The notes: generated by a model from the letters alone, not told the origin. DNA of 64,000 nucleotides from an uncultured Candidatus Saccharibacteria bacterium (GCA_965225085.1 CBDDBE010000001.1:193641-257640); one strand, 5' to 3'. Counted from the first letter of the stretch, positions 49,637-59,597 are shown. A program made the numbers and translations.

Positions 49637-51040
49637 TTGCACATATTACCTTTGCGCCTTAAAGCTACTATCGATCGGTGGGCCGGAATGTCGGTGCTTG
49701 GGCTAATCCCTGCGTATCTTGTTGTGTACGACGCCCTGCATATTCATGGCTTTATTTTGGACGCATTCAATGCGGGATATGTCGTCATTATCATCCCGAT
49801 CTGGATTGTCGACGGCGTACGGGGGTTGGTCGACGTTGCCTTTACGGGCTCGTACAAACGTGCGGCCGAGGATATCAGCAAAGTCACGGTGGTAATTGCC
49901 TGCAAGGACGGCGAGGACGTCATCGGCGAAACACTTGCCGACCTGCTGACAAAATTTAGCTCCCCGCAGATTATCGTTATCTCCAACGGATCTACTGACA
50001 GAACCGTCGATATTATTCGCGATGCCCATGTGCGTTACGCTGATATCAAGGCGCCTATCGGCAAAGTCCGCGCCATCAACGCCGCTATTCCGCATGTCAA
50101 AACACCATATGTGCTCCTGCTGGATGACGATACACTCCTACGCGGAGCGTCGATACCAACCGGGCTACTGGACCAGGGCTACGCCGGCGTTGCCTTTCGC
50201 GTACACGCGCGCAACGTACCCGGCTGGGTGACCCGCATCCAAGCTCACGAGTACCGCAAGGGTTCGGATATCAGCAAGCGACGCCAAAATCGCCAAGCGA
50301 CAGTACAAAATATATCTGGTGCGGTCGGGTTATTTACACAAAAGGAGCTAATGCGTCAGATACACCTCCACACCGGGGAATTCTCGGGCGAGGATCTGCA
50401 GCGGACTCTTCTGCTGCATCTGGCCGATGACAATCGGGGCGTGGTACTGTCTGACTCCATCGTCGAAACGTTAGTCCCAGCAACACTCCGCGAGCTGTTC
50501 AACCAACGGGTATTCGGATGGTTCCCCGGCCAGTATACAAATGCCGGAAACTACTTCCGGCTGTTGTTCAGCCGACATGCTTCACTCGGCATCAGGGACG
50601 ATGCGCTCTACAATATTTTCTTTGTAATGCTGCTGGACATCATCCGCGTTCTGGCGTTGCCGATTATGATATTTTACCCCTGGTACGCCTTGGTGACCTA
50701 CATCAGCTATGTACTCCTAGAATCGACAGCGTACCTGCGGAACGGCCGGCGTGAGCCATTTTGGGTCATATTAGCATACCCGCTATATGGGTTATTTGGC
50801 TTAGTGACTCGTGTGGGAGCATTTGCAACGTTCCTGTACCGGCGTACGGTCGCCGCACTGTGCCGTTTGCGATGGCGCGACGATTATCGCAGGGCGCCAT
50901 TTAGCGTGAAGGCTGCGAGCTCAGTCTTAGCAATGAGCATTATTGCCGGTGTCTTAACGCTAAATGTCCTATACGACTACTCGCACATACTTACAAATAT
51001 CGATTTGGGTGCGCCCATCCGAAGCCTATGGCAGCGCTAA
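49637..51040 (+). CDS. Membrane glycosyltransferase family 2 (processive synthase-like)
   Basis: TM helices at both ends, DxD (LLLDDDT), and a Q(R)xxGW-like NQRVFGW motif. Start uncertain: TTG 49637 or ATG 49688. Confidence 0.75.
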   Translation: MHILPLRLKATIDRWAGMSVLGLIPAYLVVYDALHIHGFILDAFNAGYVVIIIPIWIVDGVRGLVDVAFTGSYKRAAEDISKVTVVIACKDGEDVIGETLADLLTKFSSPQIIVISNGSTDRTVDIIRDAHVRYADIKAPIGKVRAINAAIPHVKTPYVLLLDDDTLLRGASIPTGLLDQGYAGVAFRVHARNVPGWVTRIQAHEYRKGSDISKRRQNRQATVQNISGAVGLFTQKELMRQIHLHTGEFSGEDLQRTLLLHLADDNRGVVLSDSIVETLVPATLRELFNQRVFGWFPGQYTNAGNYFRLLFSRHASLGIRDDALYNIFFVMLLDIIRVLALPIMIFYPWYALVTYISYVLLESTAYLRNGRREPFWVILAYPLYGLFGLVTRVGAFATFLYRRTVAALCRLRWRDDYRRAPFSVKAASSVLAMSIIAGVLTLNVLYDYSHILTNIDLGAPIRSLWQR

Positions 51041-52060
51041 GAATCCCTTTTGGTCGTCAATGGCAAACCCCGCAAATGCGCCAACCCCACTGAATGCTTG
51101 CCGGATACTGTATGCCGATGTTTGCACGTCCTGCTTGCTCATACCGTAGAAGCTGAGTTTGCTCGGAGTGACTTTGGTCGTTTCCTCACCTATCAACATC
51201 TTGACGTTTCCACCTCCGATTCGTTGCGCCAAATCGATATCGCTGCGGGCACGATCGATAGTACCATCCGCGCCCGTAGCATGATTGCGGTAAGCCAGTA
51301 GCGCAACGTAGGTGCGTGGCACTCCTTTCAGTTGGACCAACAGCTGCTCCAGGGGCGACTTTGGCTGGCCGCCATCAACACTAACGTTTGGAACAAAACC
51401 AGCATTGCGTCCGTCCAGCCAATCAACCGCCGTAAACCCCAATAAGAAGTGCGCCGGGTCAAATAATTGCGAGCGCTTGGCGATGAGCTGTTTGGTCAAG
51501 CTCAAATAGTCAAGCGTGTTTTGCAGGGCGTTGTCCGAGAAATCTTTATCACTATAAAATTCAATATCAAACTGCATGCCTGTGATCTGCTCGGCAGCAG
51601 TGCTGCTAGCGTTGTACGAGCGAACAAAATCAAACAATTTGAGCGGGATATACGCATAATTAGGGTCGGCCCACTTGGTATTCCCAGCTAGGGCCTGGAC
51701 GGTAATGCCCACCGTATGCAGGGCATCAACCTCGCTTCGCAAAGCACTTGTAAAAGCAGCCACCTTCCCTGCGCGGTCAGACGTCGGCAGCTCGTCGTAG
51801 TCATTGTACGCCGAGATGTCCACGTATGCCTCACTCACGCCCGCACGTTTGAGCGCTTGAGCATTGCGAGTATTTTCCACAGAGGTCGTCATATCGGGCT
51901 GTTGCCAATTCCAAACGCCGACAGTAGCGCCCGCCGGAAACGACGCCCGCGCCGATGCGACTACTTTAACACTCTTAGAATTAAAGGCCTCGAGATAAAC
52001 AGCGCTGCACCCCGCCGCAACAAGAACCGCCACCATTCCCATGACTATACCTTTTCGCAC
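51026..52060 (-). CDS. Lipoprotein, possible glycoside-hydrolase-like TIM barrel
   Basis: Lipobox LVAAGC. 344 aa. Converges on the GT2 gene and overlaps it by 15 nt. Family assignment is tentative. Confidence 0.45.
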   Translation of the reverse strand: MRKGIVMGMVAVLVAAGCSAVYLEAFNSKSVKVVASARASFPAGATVGVWNWQQPDMTTSVENTRNAQALKRAGVSEAYVDISAYNDYDELPTSDRAGKVAAFTSALRSEVDALHTVGITVQALAGNTKWADPNYAYIPLKLFDFVRSYNASSTAAEQITGMQFDIEFYSDKDFSDNALQNTLDYLSLTKQLIAKRSQLFDPAHFLLGFTAVDWLDGRNAGFVPNVSVDGGQPKSPLEQLLVQLKGVPRTYVALLAYRNHATGADGTIDRARSDIDLAQRIGGGNVKMLIGEETTKVTPSKLSFYGMSKQDVQTSAYSIRQAFSGVGAFAGFAIDDQKGFLALP

Positions 52061-52132
52061 CAGACCCCCTGCAAATCAACCTACATAGTATACACCTAAC
52101 CGCAAATGGCTGCCGTCGAATAGCACGCTCTT

Positions 52133-52612
52133 TTACGAACGATGCCCACGCGAAGTTTGTCGCATGCGGCTGGTCTCTTCGCGGAAAACTTCGGCGGCAC
52201 GAGCTGCAAAATCGGCAATTGCCTCTAGCTCTTCCTTGCCGTACTGAGCCAGGAGTTTATTCATCGATTCCAACACTGGCATAAACAAATTCTGGACTTC
52301 ATCTAGTCTGCCATGTTCGGCCGGCTTTATGATGACACGACGGCGATCGTCCTTGTCGTGCTCACGTCTCACGTAGCCTTCTTTCTCGAGCCGATCCACC
52401 AGACCCGTAACTGCGCCGGTCGTCAAGCCTGTCTGCCCGGCCAGCTCGCCGGCGGTCATTGGTCCAAAACGGCGGATGATATCCGCCGCCTTGTACTCTG
52501 TTGCGCTGAGCCCCATGTGCTCACCAACAGCATTATGGAACATTATGACACGAGCGTTCAACTCGCGGCACCATTGTTGAATTTCCTGTTTGGTATCAAT
52601 CGATTTTGACAT
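52133..52612 (-). CDS. MarR family transcriptional regulator
   Basis: wHTH pattern MTAGELAGQTGLTTGAVTGLVDRLEKEGYVRREHDKDDRR. Confidence 0.9.
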   Translation of the reverse strand: MSKSIDTKQEIQQWCRELNARVIMFHNAVGEHMGLSATEYKAADIIRRFGPMTAGELAGQTGLTTGAVTGLVDRLEKEGYVRREHDKDDRRRVIIKPAEHGRLDEVQNLFMPVLESMNKLLAQYGKEELEAIADFAARAAEVFREETSRMRQTSRGHRS

Positions 52613-52658
52613 GCTGTCTTTCTGCCACTTCTGCGTTTGTGTAATGCTTTGTCATTGG

Positions 52659-52670
52659 GTAAAGCTTTAC
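52659..52670. promoter_or_regulatory. Candidate MarR operator
   Basis: Perfect palindrome GTAAAGCTTTAC two nt downstream of a minus-strand TATAAT (52678-52673). Confidence 0.4.
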
Positions 52671-52701
52671 TTATTATATCACTATGCCCGCCGATCACGA
52701 T

Positions 52702-54486
52702 TCAAAAAAGCGTCACTTGGCGGGCTTTCTGTTGTCTTTTGTATAGTCGCTTTTCCAGCTGGATGATATTCGGATCGTCAACTCGAGGCAGCGCAGTTTG
52801 ATTGACGTCAATCATAAACCGCGATGGCTCCCGCACCTCGCCAGCACGCTTTTTTGTGTACGTGATATCGAGCTTTTCCTTGGCGCGGGTTACCGCGACA
52901 TAGAACAACCGGCGTTCTTCCTCAAAATCCGTCGGTGACGCGCGTCGGATATTCGGCAAAATCCCCTCCTCGGCAGCAATTAATACAACATGCGGAAACT
53001 CCAGGCCCTTTGCGGCATGTATCGTCAGTAGCGTGACCGCGTCGGCCTCTGGGTCGTAAAAATCTGTCTGCGATAGACGATCGATGTATATCAAGCACTG
53101 CGCCAGCCCATCGGCCTGCCGATCAAAGCGCACCAGCGTGCTCACAAATTGCTCGATTCGCAGTCGGCTGCCTGGGTCAGTATTCAGGCCAAACGCTTCG
53201 GCCGTCGCGGCCACGATGTGACTAACCGGCTGCGCTTGGTCGATTCCCTCCAGCAATGCCTGAGTTTGCGCCGGTCGGAACCCCTTAACGCGCGGCAGAT
53301 CACCCCCAACGCACCACTTCAGTACATCGATAATCGCCCGAATATCCGACTGTTCGTACGGCGATCCCTCGCCCACCACCTGAAACGGAATGCCAGAATC
53401 GTGCAGACGCTTCTGAAGCGCCCTCGAGGCATGATGAGTCCGATACAGAATGGCAAAATCCCGAAATCGCCGGCCATCGGACTCCACCGTTGCCTTTTGC
53501 AGATTGCTCCCGCCAATGCCGCGCTCGATGGTGTCTAGTACCAAATCGGCCTCGCTGTATTCGTTCAAAGTCCGTAACGCCCGTACCTCGCCCACATCGG
53601 TCGAGAATGCCCCGAGCGCATCGTCACCACCAAAAATCGCCGTGGCCAGCGCGACGACAGATCGAGTCGAACGATAATTAACCTTCAATACAACGTCCTG
53701 ACGGTTCGGAAAGTCGTGCCGAAAGACATCAAACATATCATTGCCCGCGCCACGAAATCCGTAGATTGACTGCTTTGGGTCGCCGATCGCAAAGACGCTC
53801 TGGCTCCCTCGCAATAACTGCACCAGTTGCCACTGCAGCTCACTAGTGTCCTGAAACTCATCGATCAGAATATGCTGATAGATGTCACTAATCCGCCTGC
53901 GAGCAACTTCGTCTTCGTTCAGCAACCGATACACCTCTAGAATAATGTCGTCAAAATCCATCAAATCCTGCTCGTGTAGCGCAGTGTTATACGATTGGAC
54001 GAGCGCCGCGTCATCGGCATTGGGCTCCAGGCTTCCTTTTGCCACCGAGATCGCCAGCTGTGCGTCGCGCATACTCAAACCTTTTCGACCTGCGCTCTGC
54101 ACAGCCTGTTTGACAGCCTGAATGCGCTCAGCATCACTCGCAAACTGAACGTCACCGGAACGTTCCTGCTTCAGAATAGTCAGGCATAACGCGTGGAATG
54201 TGGCAATTGTCGGCACCTTGTCAGTCCCGATCAACGCCTGAACACGCTCGCGCATTTCCTTGGCGGCTTTGTTTGTGAACGTCAGACCGAGAATCGAGTG
54301 GGCCGGCACATCACGCGCCAGCAAATAGGCAATGCGCGCCGTCAATGTCTTGGTCTTGCCAGTTCCCGGCCCCGCGACTATCATAACCGGCCGATAGTCG
54401 GCAGTTATGGCCTGCCTTTGCAGATCATTTGCGTCCTGTAATAATTCCACGTTCCTAACTATAGGCTGCGCGTCGCCGAAATCCAA
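52702..54486 (-). CDS. UvrD/PcrA-family (SF1) DNA helicase
   Basis: Walker A AGPGTGKT, DEFQDT, and the remaining helicase motifs. 594 aa. Confidence 0.9.
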   Translation of the reverse strand: MDFGDAQPIVRNVELLQDANDLQRQAITADYRPVMIVAGPGTGKTKTLTARIAYLLARDVPAHSILGLTFTNKAAKEMRERVQALIGTDKVPTIATFHALCLTILKQERSGDVQFASDAERIQAVKQAVQSAGRKGLSMRDAQLAISVAKGSLEPNADDAALVQSYNTALHEQDLMDFDDIILEVYRLLNEDEVARRRISDIYQHILIDEFQDTSELQWQLVQLLRGSQSVFAIGDPKQSIYGFRGAGNDMFDVFRHDFPNRQDVVLKVNYRSTRSVVALATAIFGGDDALGAFSTDVGEVRALRTLNEYSEADLVLDTIERGIGGSNLQKATVESDGRRFRDFAILYRTHHASRALQKRLHDSGIPFQVVGEGSPYEQSDIRAIIDVLKWCVGGDLPRVKGFRPAQTQALLEGIDQAQPVSHIVAATAEAFGLNTDPGSRLRIEQFVSTLVRFDRQADGLAQCLIYIDRLSQTDFYDPEADAVTLLTIHAAKGLEFPHVVLIAAEEGILPNIRRASPTDFEEERRLFYVAVTRAKEKLDITYTKKRAGEVREPSRFMIDVNQTALPRVDDPNIIQLEKRLYKRQQKARQVTLF

Positions 54487-54573
54487 AGGGTAATTTTCGA
54501 TGAAAAGACTTGCATACTTTCAATATCTTGGTATAGTATCATGGTCAATGCCCGACCATGACTGGGAGAAGTT

Positions 54574-54927
54574 ATGACTGCTATCAGCCGAAGCAAGATC
54601 CAAGAACACCTCGATCGGCTCGCAGGCCTGCCAGAGCGTTATCCCGCTCTGCAGCAGATCCTCGTGGCCATCCGCGAGGAACTACAGAAGGCCGCGAGTG
54701 AAGGCCTGCCCACCGATCGTTCGGAGCGTCAAACGATCGGCGCATGGACTGTGCAACGGGTGCTCGTCGGGGGCGCAGTGCCGTCCGTGGTCGTCACGTG
54801 GCCGGAGGGGGATGAAGACAGCGACAACGTCGAAGACCTCAAGGCCGTCCTGGAGCGAAAGGACGTCTCCTACTGGCGCCCCGACGTTTCTCAGCGCGAC
54901 TGCCTGCTCATCAGCCTTATCGGCTAG
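54574..54927 (+). CDS. Orphan hypothetical protein (cassette J)
   Basis: 117 aa. Promoter TTGCAT-N16-(tgg)TATAGT (54510-54537). SD gggaga. G+C-rich. Confidence 0.5.
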   Translation: MTAISRSKIQEHLDRLAGLPERYPALQQILVAIREELQKAASEGLPTDRSERQTIGAWTVQRVLVGGAVPSVVVTWPEGDEDSDNVEDLKAVLERKDVSYWRPDVSQRDCLLISLIG

Positions 54928-54941
54928 CCCCTCGTGACATC

Positions 54942-54981
54942 CGCCCCGTGCGTGGCCCCAGATGTGGGTCCGCACGGGGCG
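54942..54981. terminator. Hairpin between cassette J and the convergent nuclease gene
   Basis: cgccccgtgcg / cgcacggggcg, an 11-bp perfect stem followed by tttct. Confidence 0.65.
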
Positions 54982-54984
54982 TTT

Positions 54985-56286
54985 CTATAGTAACGACATT
55001 TGGTTCATGGTTTCAAACTTTTCCGCCGCATCCCTAAAGACCCGAATAACGCCAAACACTCCATCAAAACCAGGATCCAGCACCACATCACCACGTCGCA
55101 TGCGTTGGATCGCCAGTGCCAGGAGCGGAAAGCCTGCGTCATGTATGCGCTCTATCGGCAGACTGCGCAGTATAGAAAACTCATCGCCCAGCACACGGTA
55201 CGCTCGTTCGTAATCGGCGACGACTTTGACCGAGCTCGCGCTCTTGGTGCCGTGCAGTTCGGCCAGGATCTCTGGTAGCGGAATGATATACTCGACCTGC
55301 TTAGGGCTTTTCAGAATAAAACCAGGCGCGCGATTCTGGTCGGCCAGCTCCCCAACGCGGTAATTTACCCCAACCACCAGCGGCTTGCCGCATACCGGGC
55401 ACACGCCGTTATGCGATCGTGTCTCCTCCGGGGCAAAGCGCACGTTGCATGCCCGATGCCCGTCGTGATGGTATTTGCCCTCCTCAGGGAAAAATTCAAC
55501 CGTGCCGACCAAGCGCTCATCGTTGGTCCGGATCGCACCGATAATACTATCGTAGCTGAGCTCGGCCCGTACGATCGTTGCCTCACGGCCTAGCTTTTGC
55601 GGCGAATGGGCATCAGAATGCGAGGTAACTGTAATGCCGTCGAGGTTTTTGATGCGCCAGTTCATACCCGGGTCGCTGGACAGGCCCGTCTCTATGGCAT
55701 GCACGTTTCGCGCGAGTTCTTCAAACGCTTCCTCCAGCGTATCAAAGCCGGACTTGCTCCCGAACAGTCCGAACCATGGCGTCCAAATGTGCGCGGGTAT
55801 ATAGAGGGCGCGGTCATCAGCCTCGAGGGCGTGGCCGAGTAGCAGCTTGCTATCCAGCCCCAAAATCGGCCGGCCATCCGCCTTTAGGTTGCCGATGCGC
55901 TCTAGCCGAGCATTCATCTCGCTCACCGCTTCGAAGCTGGGCATAACCAGTAATTGATGAAGCTTGCGGACTTTGCCGCCCTTGCTATAGATAGTCGCAA
56001 TCTCGACTGTCGGGATAAACCGAATAATGTTATGGCGCACTGTTTCGGGCAGACGCTGATCGATTTCCTGTGCCAGGTCGTCTTTCAGCCTATAGAGGCC
56101 TGGCTCTGCCGGTTCTAGCTGGTCGCGCAGTTCGGCAAACCACTCGGGATGGGTAAAATCGCCCGTCCCGATAATATTGATGCCCTTCAGCTTGCCCCAG
56201 TAATACAACCCCGCAAGGTCGGCATGCTTGCTAGTCGCCCGCGAATAATGCGAGTGAACATGGAGATCAACGATAAGTTCTTGCAT
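54985..56286 (-). CDS. PHP-domain nuclease, endonuclease Q-like (TIGR00375-type)
   Basis: Start at MQELIVDLHVHSHYSRATS (PHP His cluster), with a later CPVCGKPLVVG zinc finger. Confidence 0.65.
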   Translation of the reverse strand: MQELIVDLHVHSHYSRATSKHADLAGLYYWGKLKGINIIGTGDFTHPEWFAELRDQLEPAEPGLYRLKDDLAQEIDQRLPETVRHNIIRFIPTVEIATIYSKGGKVRKLHQLLVMPSFEAVSEMNARLERIGNLKADGRPILGLDSKLLLGHALEADDRALYIPAHIWTPWFGLFGSKSGFDTLEEAFEELARNVHAIETGLSSDPGMNWRIKNLDGITVTSHSDAHSPQKLGREATIVRAELSYDSIIGAIRTNDERLVGTVEFFPEEGKYHHDGHRACNVRFAPEETRSHNGVCPVCGKPLVVGVNYRVGELADQNRAPGFILKSPKQVEYIIPLPEILAELHGTKSASSVKVVADYERAYRVLGDEFSILRSLPIERIHDAGFPLLALAIQRMRRGDVVLDPGFDGVFGVIRVFRDAAEKFETMNQMSLL

Positions 56287-56431
56287 ATGTACCAGTGTAG
56301 CATTGAAATGCTGGGGCTCAGGATCCGCGCCCCAGCAGCTGCAGTGCATTCAGATGTGCCCCTCGTGAATCTCGAGCAGGGTCGCAGCATTCTTCATGCC
56401 ACAGCCGCACTATTATAGCAGCCCGAATAGT

Positions 56432-56806
56432 TTACGAAGGAGTATCTTCATCGTGAGTGTGTCGCACGCCCTCGCCGGCGGCTCGCTCTGCCCAATCCAA
56501 ATCTCGGGGTGGACGCTCGTCCAGGAGTACTTCGGGCTCACGAACGGGCTGGTCTTCTGGCAGCGGAAATAGATCCTTCACCTCAGCATCGGTAAGCTGG
56601 TGATTAAGTATTGCTCGCAATGCGTGACGACCTATCATTGCGCGAGTGCCCGATCGGTGACGACGCCTGGCCGCATCGCGCTGCTCTACTAGGTGCTTAT
56701 ACGCATCAGAATGTTCTGCCGTCGAATGCACAGGATCCTGGTCCGATTCAATCTCGAACAGAGGTTCGGCGTAATAATCAGCTGGCGCGTGCTGAATATC
56801 AGTCAT
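56432..56806 (-). CDS. Acidic hypothetical protein, co-transcribed with the ABC exporter
   Basis: 124 aa, 13 nt downstream of the permease stop. Confidence 0.45.
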   Translation of the reverse strand: MTDIQHAPADYYAEPLFEIESDQDPVHSTAEHSDAYKHLVEQRDAARRRHRSGTRAMIGRHALRAILNHQLTDAEVKDLFPLPEDQPVREPEVLLDERPPRDLDWAERAAGEGVRHTHDEDTPS

Positions 56807-56819
56807 AATTGGCTTCTAA

Positions 56820-57932
56820 CTACTCCCACCTGAACACACGGAAGGCAATAGCATAGATAACGATCGCCCACAGGCCAACCAAGCCAATCTGCGGTAGGAT
56901 GTCAGCGAAATGCTTACCTTCGGTTGCAATCATGCGAAGGCCATCGATAACTGGCGTCAGCGGCAAATAGCTGGATGCATTCTGTAACCACTCTGGCATC
57001 AGAAATCGTGGGAAAAAAGTACCAGACAGGAACATCATTGGGAACACTACGATGTTGCTCAGTGGAGCGGCCTGGCGCTCGTTCTTTGCCCAGCCACCCA
57101 GGCTCAAACCAATGCCCAGAATCATCACAATTCCCATCACGATATACAGTGCCAGCTCAAAGATATTCCCCACCAACTTCAGATGAAACACGCTAGCCGC
57201 AACGGCGAACAGGATACTCATGGCAAACAAACCAATGACTGCCTGCGTAATCATGGTGGACAGGAAGTACTGCCACACGCGAATCGGCGTGGTGTGGAAT
57301 CGACGCAGAATGCCTTGTTTCTTCAGCTCCGGGAAGATGTTGATAGGACCAAAGATACCCATACCCATGATCGAGAAACCAAGCAGACCCGTAAACGTAT
57401 AGTCAAATGTGCTAAGGCTCTGATCGTTCGTCTGCTGCGAGGTCACCGTAAACGGCTCTTTGTTATCAACCAGCTTAGCATTCACCGCTTTGAACTCACC
57501 CTGCAGTACCGATTCGAGCGTTCGAGCGGCTTGGGCATTATTTTGGCTGTACAGAATCTCTGCCTGACCGCTGGGGTAGGTAGCGCCTTTTTGTACATCA
57601 CCAAAATGCTCTGGCAGGATGATTGTAGCGTCAATTTCGCCGCGGTTCATGCGTTCCTTGGCCTGGTCGACTGTCGTCACATCGGTATTGACCTTCAGAA
57701 TCTTGCCGTCGTTGAGTGATTTGGCAATATCCTTCGATACCTGGCTGGTCGACTGGTTCAGCAGCGCAACCTTGAAGGACACGTTATTGTTGCTGTTACC
57801 GAAAATGCCGCCAAACACAACCAAAAAGATCAACGGAAATGCAACGGTGAAGAAAATCGCCGTTCGATCGCGGAAATAACGTCGCGTGTTAATGCGTGCA
57901 AAAGTCAAAACTGTGTAGAGTTTTCGCTTCAT
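56820..57932 (-). CDS. ABC-2 type transporter permease
   Basis: 370 aa with an N-terminal TM, a large loop, then 5 TMs. Confidence 0.85.
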   Translation of the reverse strand: MKRKLYTVLTFARINTRRYFRDRTAIFFTVAFPLIFLVVFGGIFGNSNNNVSFKVALLNQSTSQVSKDIAKSLNDGKILKVNTDVTTVDQAKERMNRGEIDATIILPEHFGDVQKGATYPSGQAEILYSQNNAQAARTLESVLQGEFKAVNAKLVDNKEPFTVTSQQTNDQSLSTFDYTFTGLLGFSIMGMGIFGPINIFPELKKQGILRRFHTTPIRVWQYFLSTMITQAVIGLFAMSILFAVAASVFHLKLVGNIFELALYIVMGIVMILGIGLSLGGWAKNERQAAPLSNIVVFPMMFLSGTFFPRFLMPEWLQNASSYLPLTPVIDGLRMIATEGKHFADILPQIGLVGLWAIVIYAIAFRVFRWE

Positions 57933-57934
57933 AA

Positions 57935-58696
57935 TTAGCCCCTTAACTCCTTACCGGTCAAATCTATGAATACATCTTCGAGGTTAGCCTGCTCGACATG
58001 TTGCTGTTTCTTGAAACCCTTAGCCAGCAAATCTTTGATAAGCTGCTTCGGTGTATCCAAGGCCACGATGTTACCGCTGTCCATAACAGCTACACGGTCG
58101 CACAGCACTTCGGCTTCGTCCATGTAGTGCGTAGTCAGGATGACGCTAATGCCCTTGTCGCGCACATGTCGGACCAAATCCCACAAGTTGCGCCTGGCCT
58201 GAGGGTCAAGGCCAGTTGTTGGCTCGTCCATAAAGAATACCTTTGGACTGTGGACCAAGGCTGCGGCAATGCTAAAGCGCTGCTTCTGCCCGCCGCTGAG
58301 TGTTTCGATGTAGCTGTCGGCTTTCTCTAGCAAGTTGACGTCCTCGAGGAACTCCGCCACATTCACCTTCTCGCCATATGCAGCGGCGAATAGCTTGATA
58401 AGCTCACTGAGCTTGGTCTTGTCCTGAAACGCCGGGCTTTGCGGCTGCACGCCAATGATGCTGCGAATTTTGTAAGGATTGTCAGCAACATCCACGCCGT
58501 CGATCGTTGCGCTGCCACCGTCAATCGGCCTGAGCGCTTCGATCATCTCGAGAGTCGTCGTCTTGCCCGCACCGTTCGGACCGAGGATGCCGAATATCTC
58601 ACCCCTTTTAACTTCGAATGAAATACCATTGACGACTTTCTTGTCATCGTAGGATTTTTGCAGATTTTTTACAACTAGAATATTATCTTTTGCCAT
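57935..58696 (-). CDS. ABC transporter ATP-binding protein
   Basis: Walker A GPNGAGKTT, signature LSGGQKQR, Walker B FFMDEP. Confidence 0.95.
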   Translation of the reverse strand: MAKDNILVVKNLQKSYDDKKVVNGISFEVKRGEIFGILGPNGAGKTTTLEMIEALRPIDGGSATIDGVDVADNPYKIRSIIGVQPQSPAFQDKTKLSELIKLFAAAYGEKVNVAEFLEDVNLLEKADSYIETLSGGQKQRFSIAAALVHSPKVFFMDEPTTGLDPQARRNLWDLVRHVRDKGISVILTTHYMDEAEVLCDRVAVMDSGNIVALDTPKQLIKDLLAKGFKKQQHVEQANLEDVFIDLTGKELRG

Positions 58697-58833
58697 ATAT
58701 GCTTATCTTATCATCTGCAAATTGAGGTGGCAACTACCTGATAATATCTCAAAATTAACTATTGACTTATTCAAGTAAAAACATTAAAATATACTTTGGT
58801 CAATTCAACAGCCATTCCTACCTAGGAGAAAAC

Positions 58834-59478
58834 ATGGCCGTCCGCCCCAGCCTGCCGCAAGGCCGATCATCCAAGATCACCGTGGCCGCCGCGGCCCTGG
58901 TCGCGCTCACCATCTGGATCGTGAGCGCTTGCAGTGGCGCTGCCGCTGACAAGTTCGACCAGGCGTTCAACGGGTTCCATGCAACCCTGACCACGTACAA
59001 CCAGTCCGGTCAGCCGGTCGACGAGATCCACGGCGCGAGCTTCCACGTCACTCGTGACTCGGAGTTCGACACTCAGGACAGCAAGGGCAACAGCAATAAC
59101 GACTCCAAGGTCCTGCTGATCAGCCTGGGCAGTTCGCACATCGAGCACGTCGGCTCAACGATGATCCTGGCCCAGGACGGGCTCGTGGACATCACCGCGC
59201 AGATCCCGCCAGAGTTCCGGTTCAGCAACAGCAAGCCGGGCACGCCCTGGCTCAACGACCTGAAGTACAACTTCAGTCGCTACTGGAGCGGCACGGCGAA
59301 GACCATCATGGTCCGCTCCCAGGACGGGACGCCGATCAAGGTTTATGGCGGCAACGACGTCCAGGTGCTCAGTACTGATGTGCCGAGCTCCACCTGGTTC
59401 CGGGTGGACGGCAAGACGCTGTTCGTCTACAGGGCCGACTACACAGTGGTCGACAACAACCTGCTCGCGAACAACTAG
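58834..59478 (+). CDS. Orphan lipoprotein (cassette K)
   Basis: Lipobox IVSAC. Promoter TTGACT-N17-TAAAAT (58762-58790). SD aggaga. G+C-rich. Confidence 0.6.
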   Translation: MAVRPSLPQGRSSKITVAAAALVALTIWIVSACSGAAADKFDQAFNGFHATLTTYNQSGQPVDEIHGASFHVTRDSEFDTQDSKGNSNNDSKVLLISLGSSHIEHVGSTMILAQDGLVDITAQIPPEFRFSNSKPGTPWLNDLKYNFSRYWSGTAKTIMVRSQDGTPIKVYGGNDVQVLSTDVPSSTWFRVDGKTLFVYRADYTVVDNNLLANN

Positions 59479-59530
59479 AACGAGCATCAGGGCCTCCCAC
59501 GCCCCACCCTGCGCAGTCTCCGCACGTCGG

Positions 59531-59553
59531 AAACGCCAGGGAGGGGCGTTTTC
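59531..59553 (+). terminator. Small hairpin plus T-run after cassette K
   Basis: aaacgcc-agggagg-ggcgttt followed by tc. Confidence 0.5.
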
Positions 59554-59574
59554 AATTGGCATAATCTCTCCAAC

Positions 59575-59597
59575 AAAAAAGTCGGCCGAAGCCAACT
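59575..59597 (-). terminator. Intrinsic terminator (UUCG loop)
   Basis: The minus strand reads agttggc-ttcg-gccgact-tttttt, downstream of the 72-aa gene. Confidence 0.7.

Noticed and set aside
49261-49662. 133-aa + strand ORF.
   Set aside because: It runs straight through the tRNA-Ile2 gene, so it is spurious.
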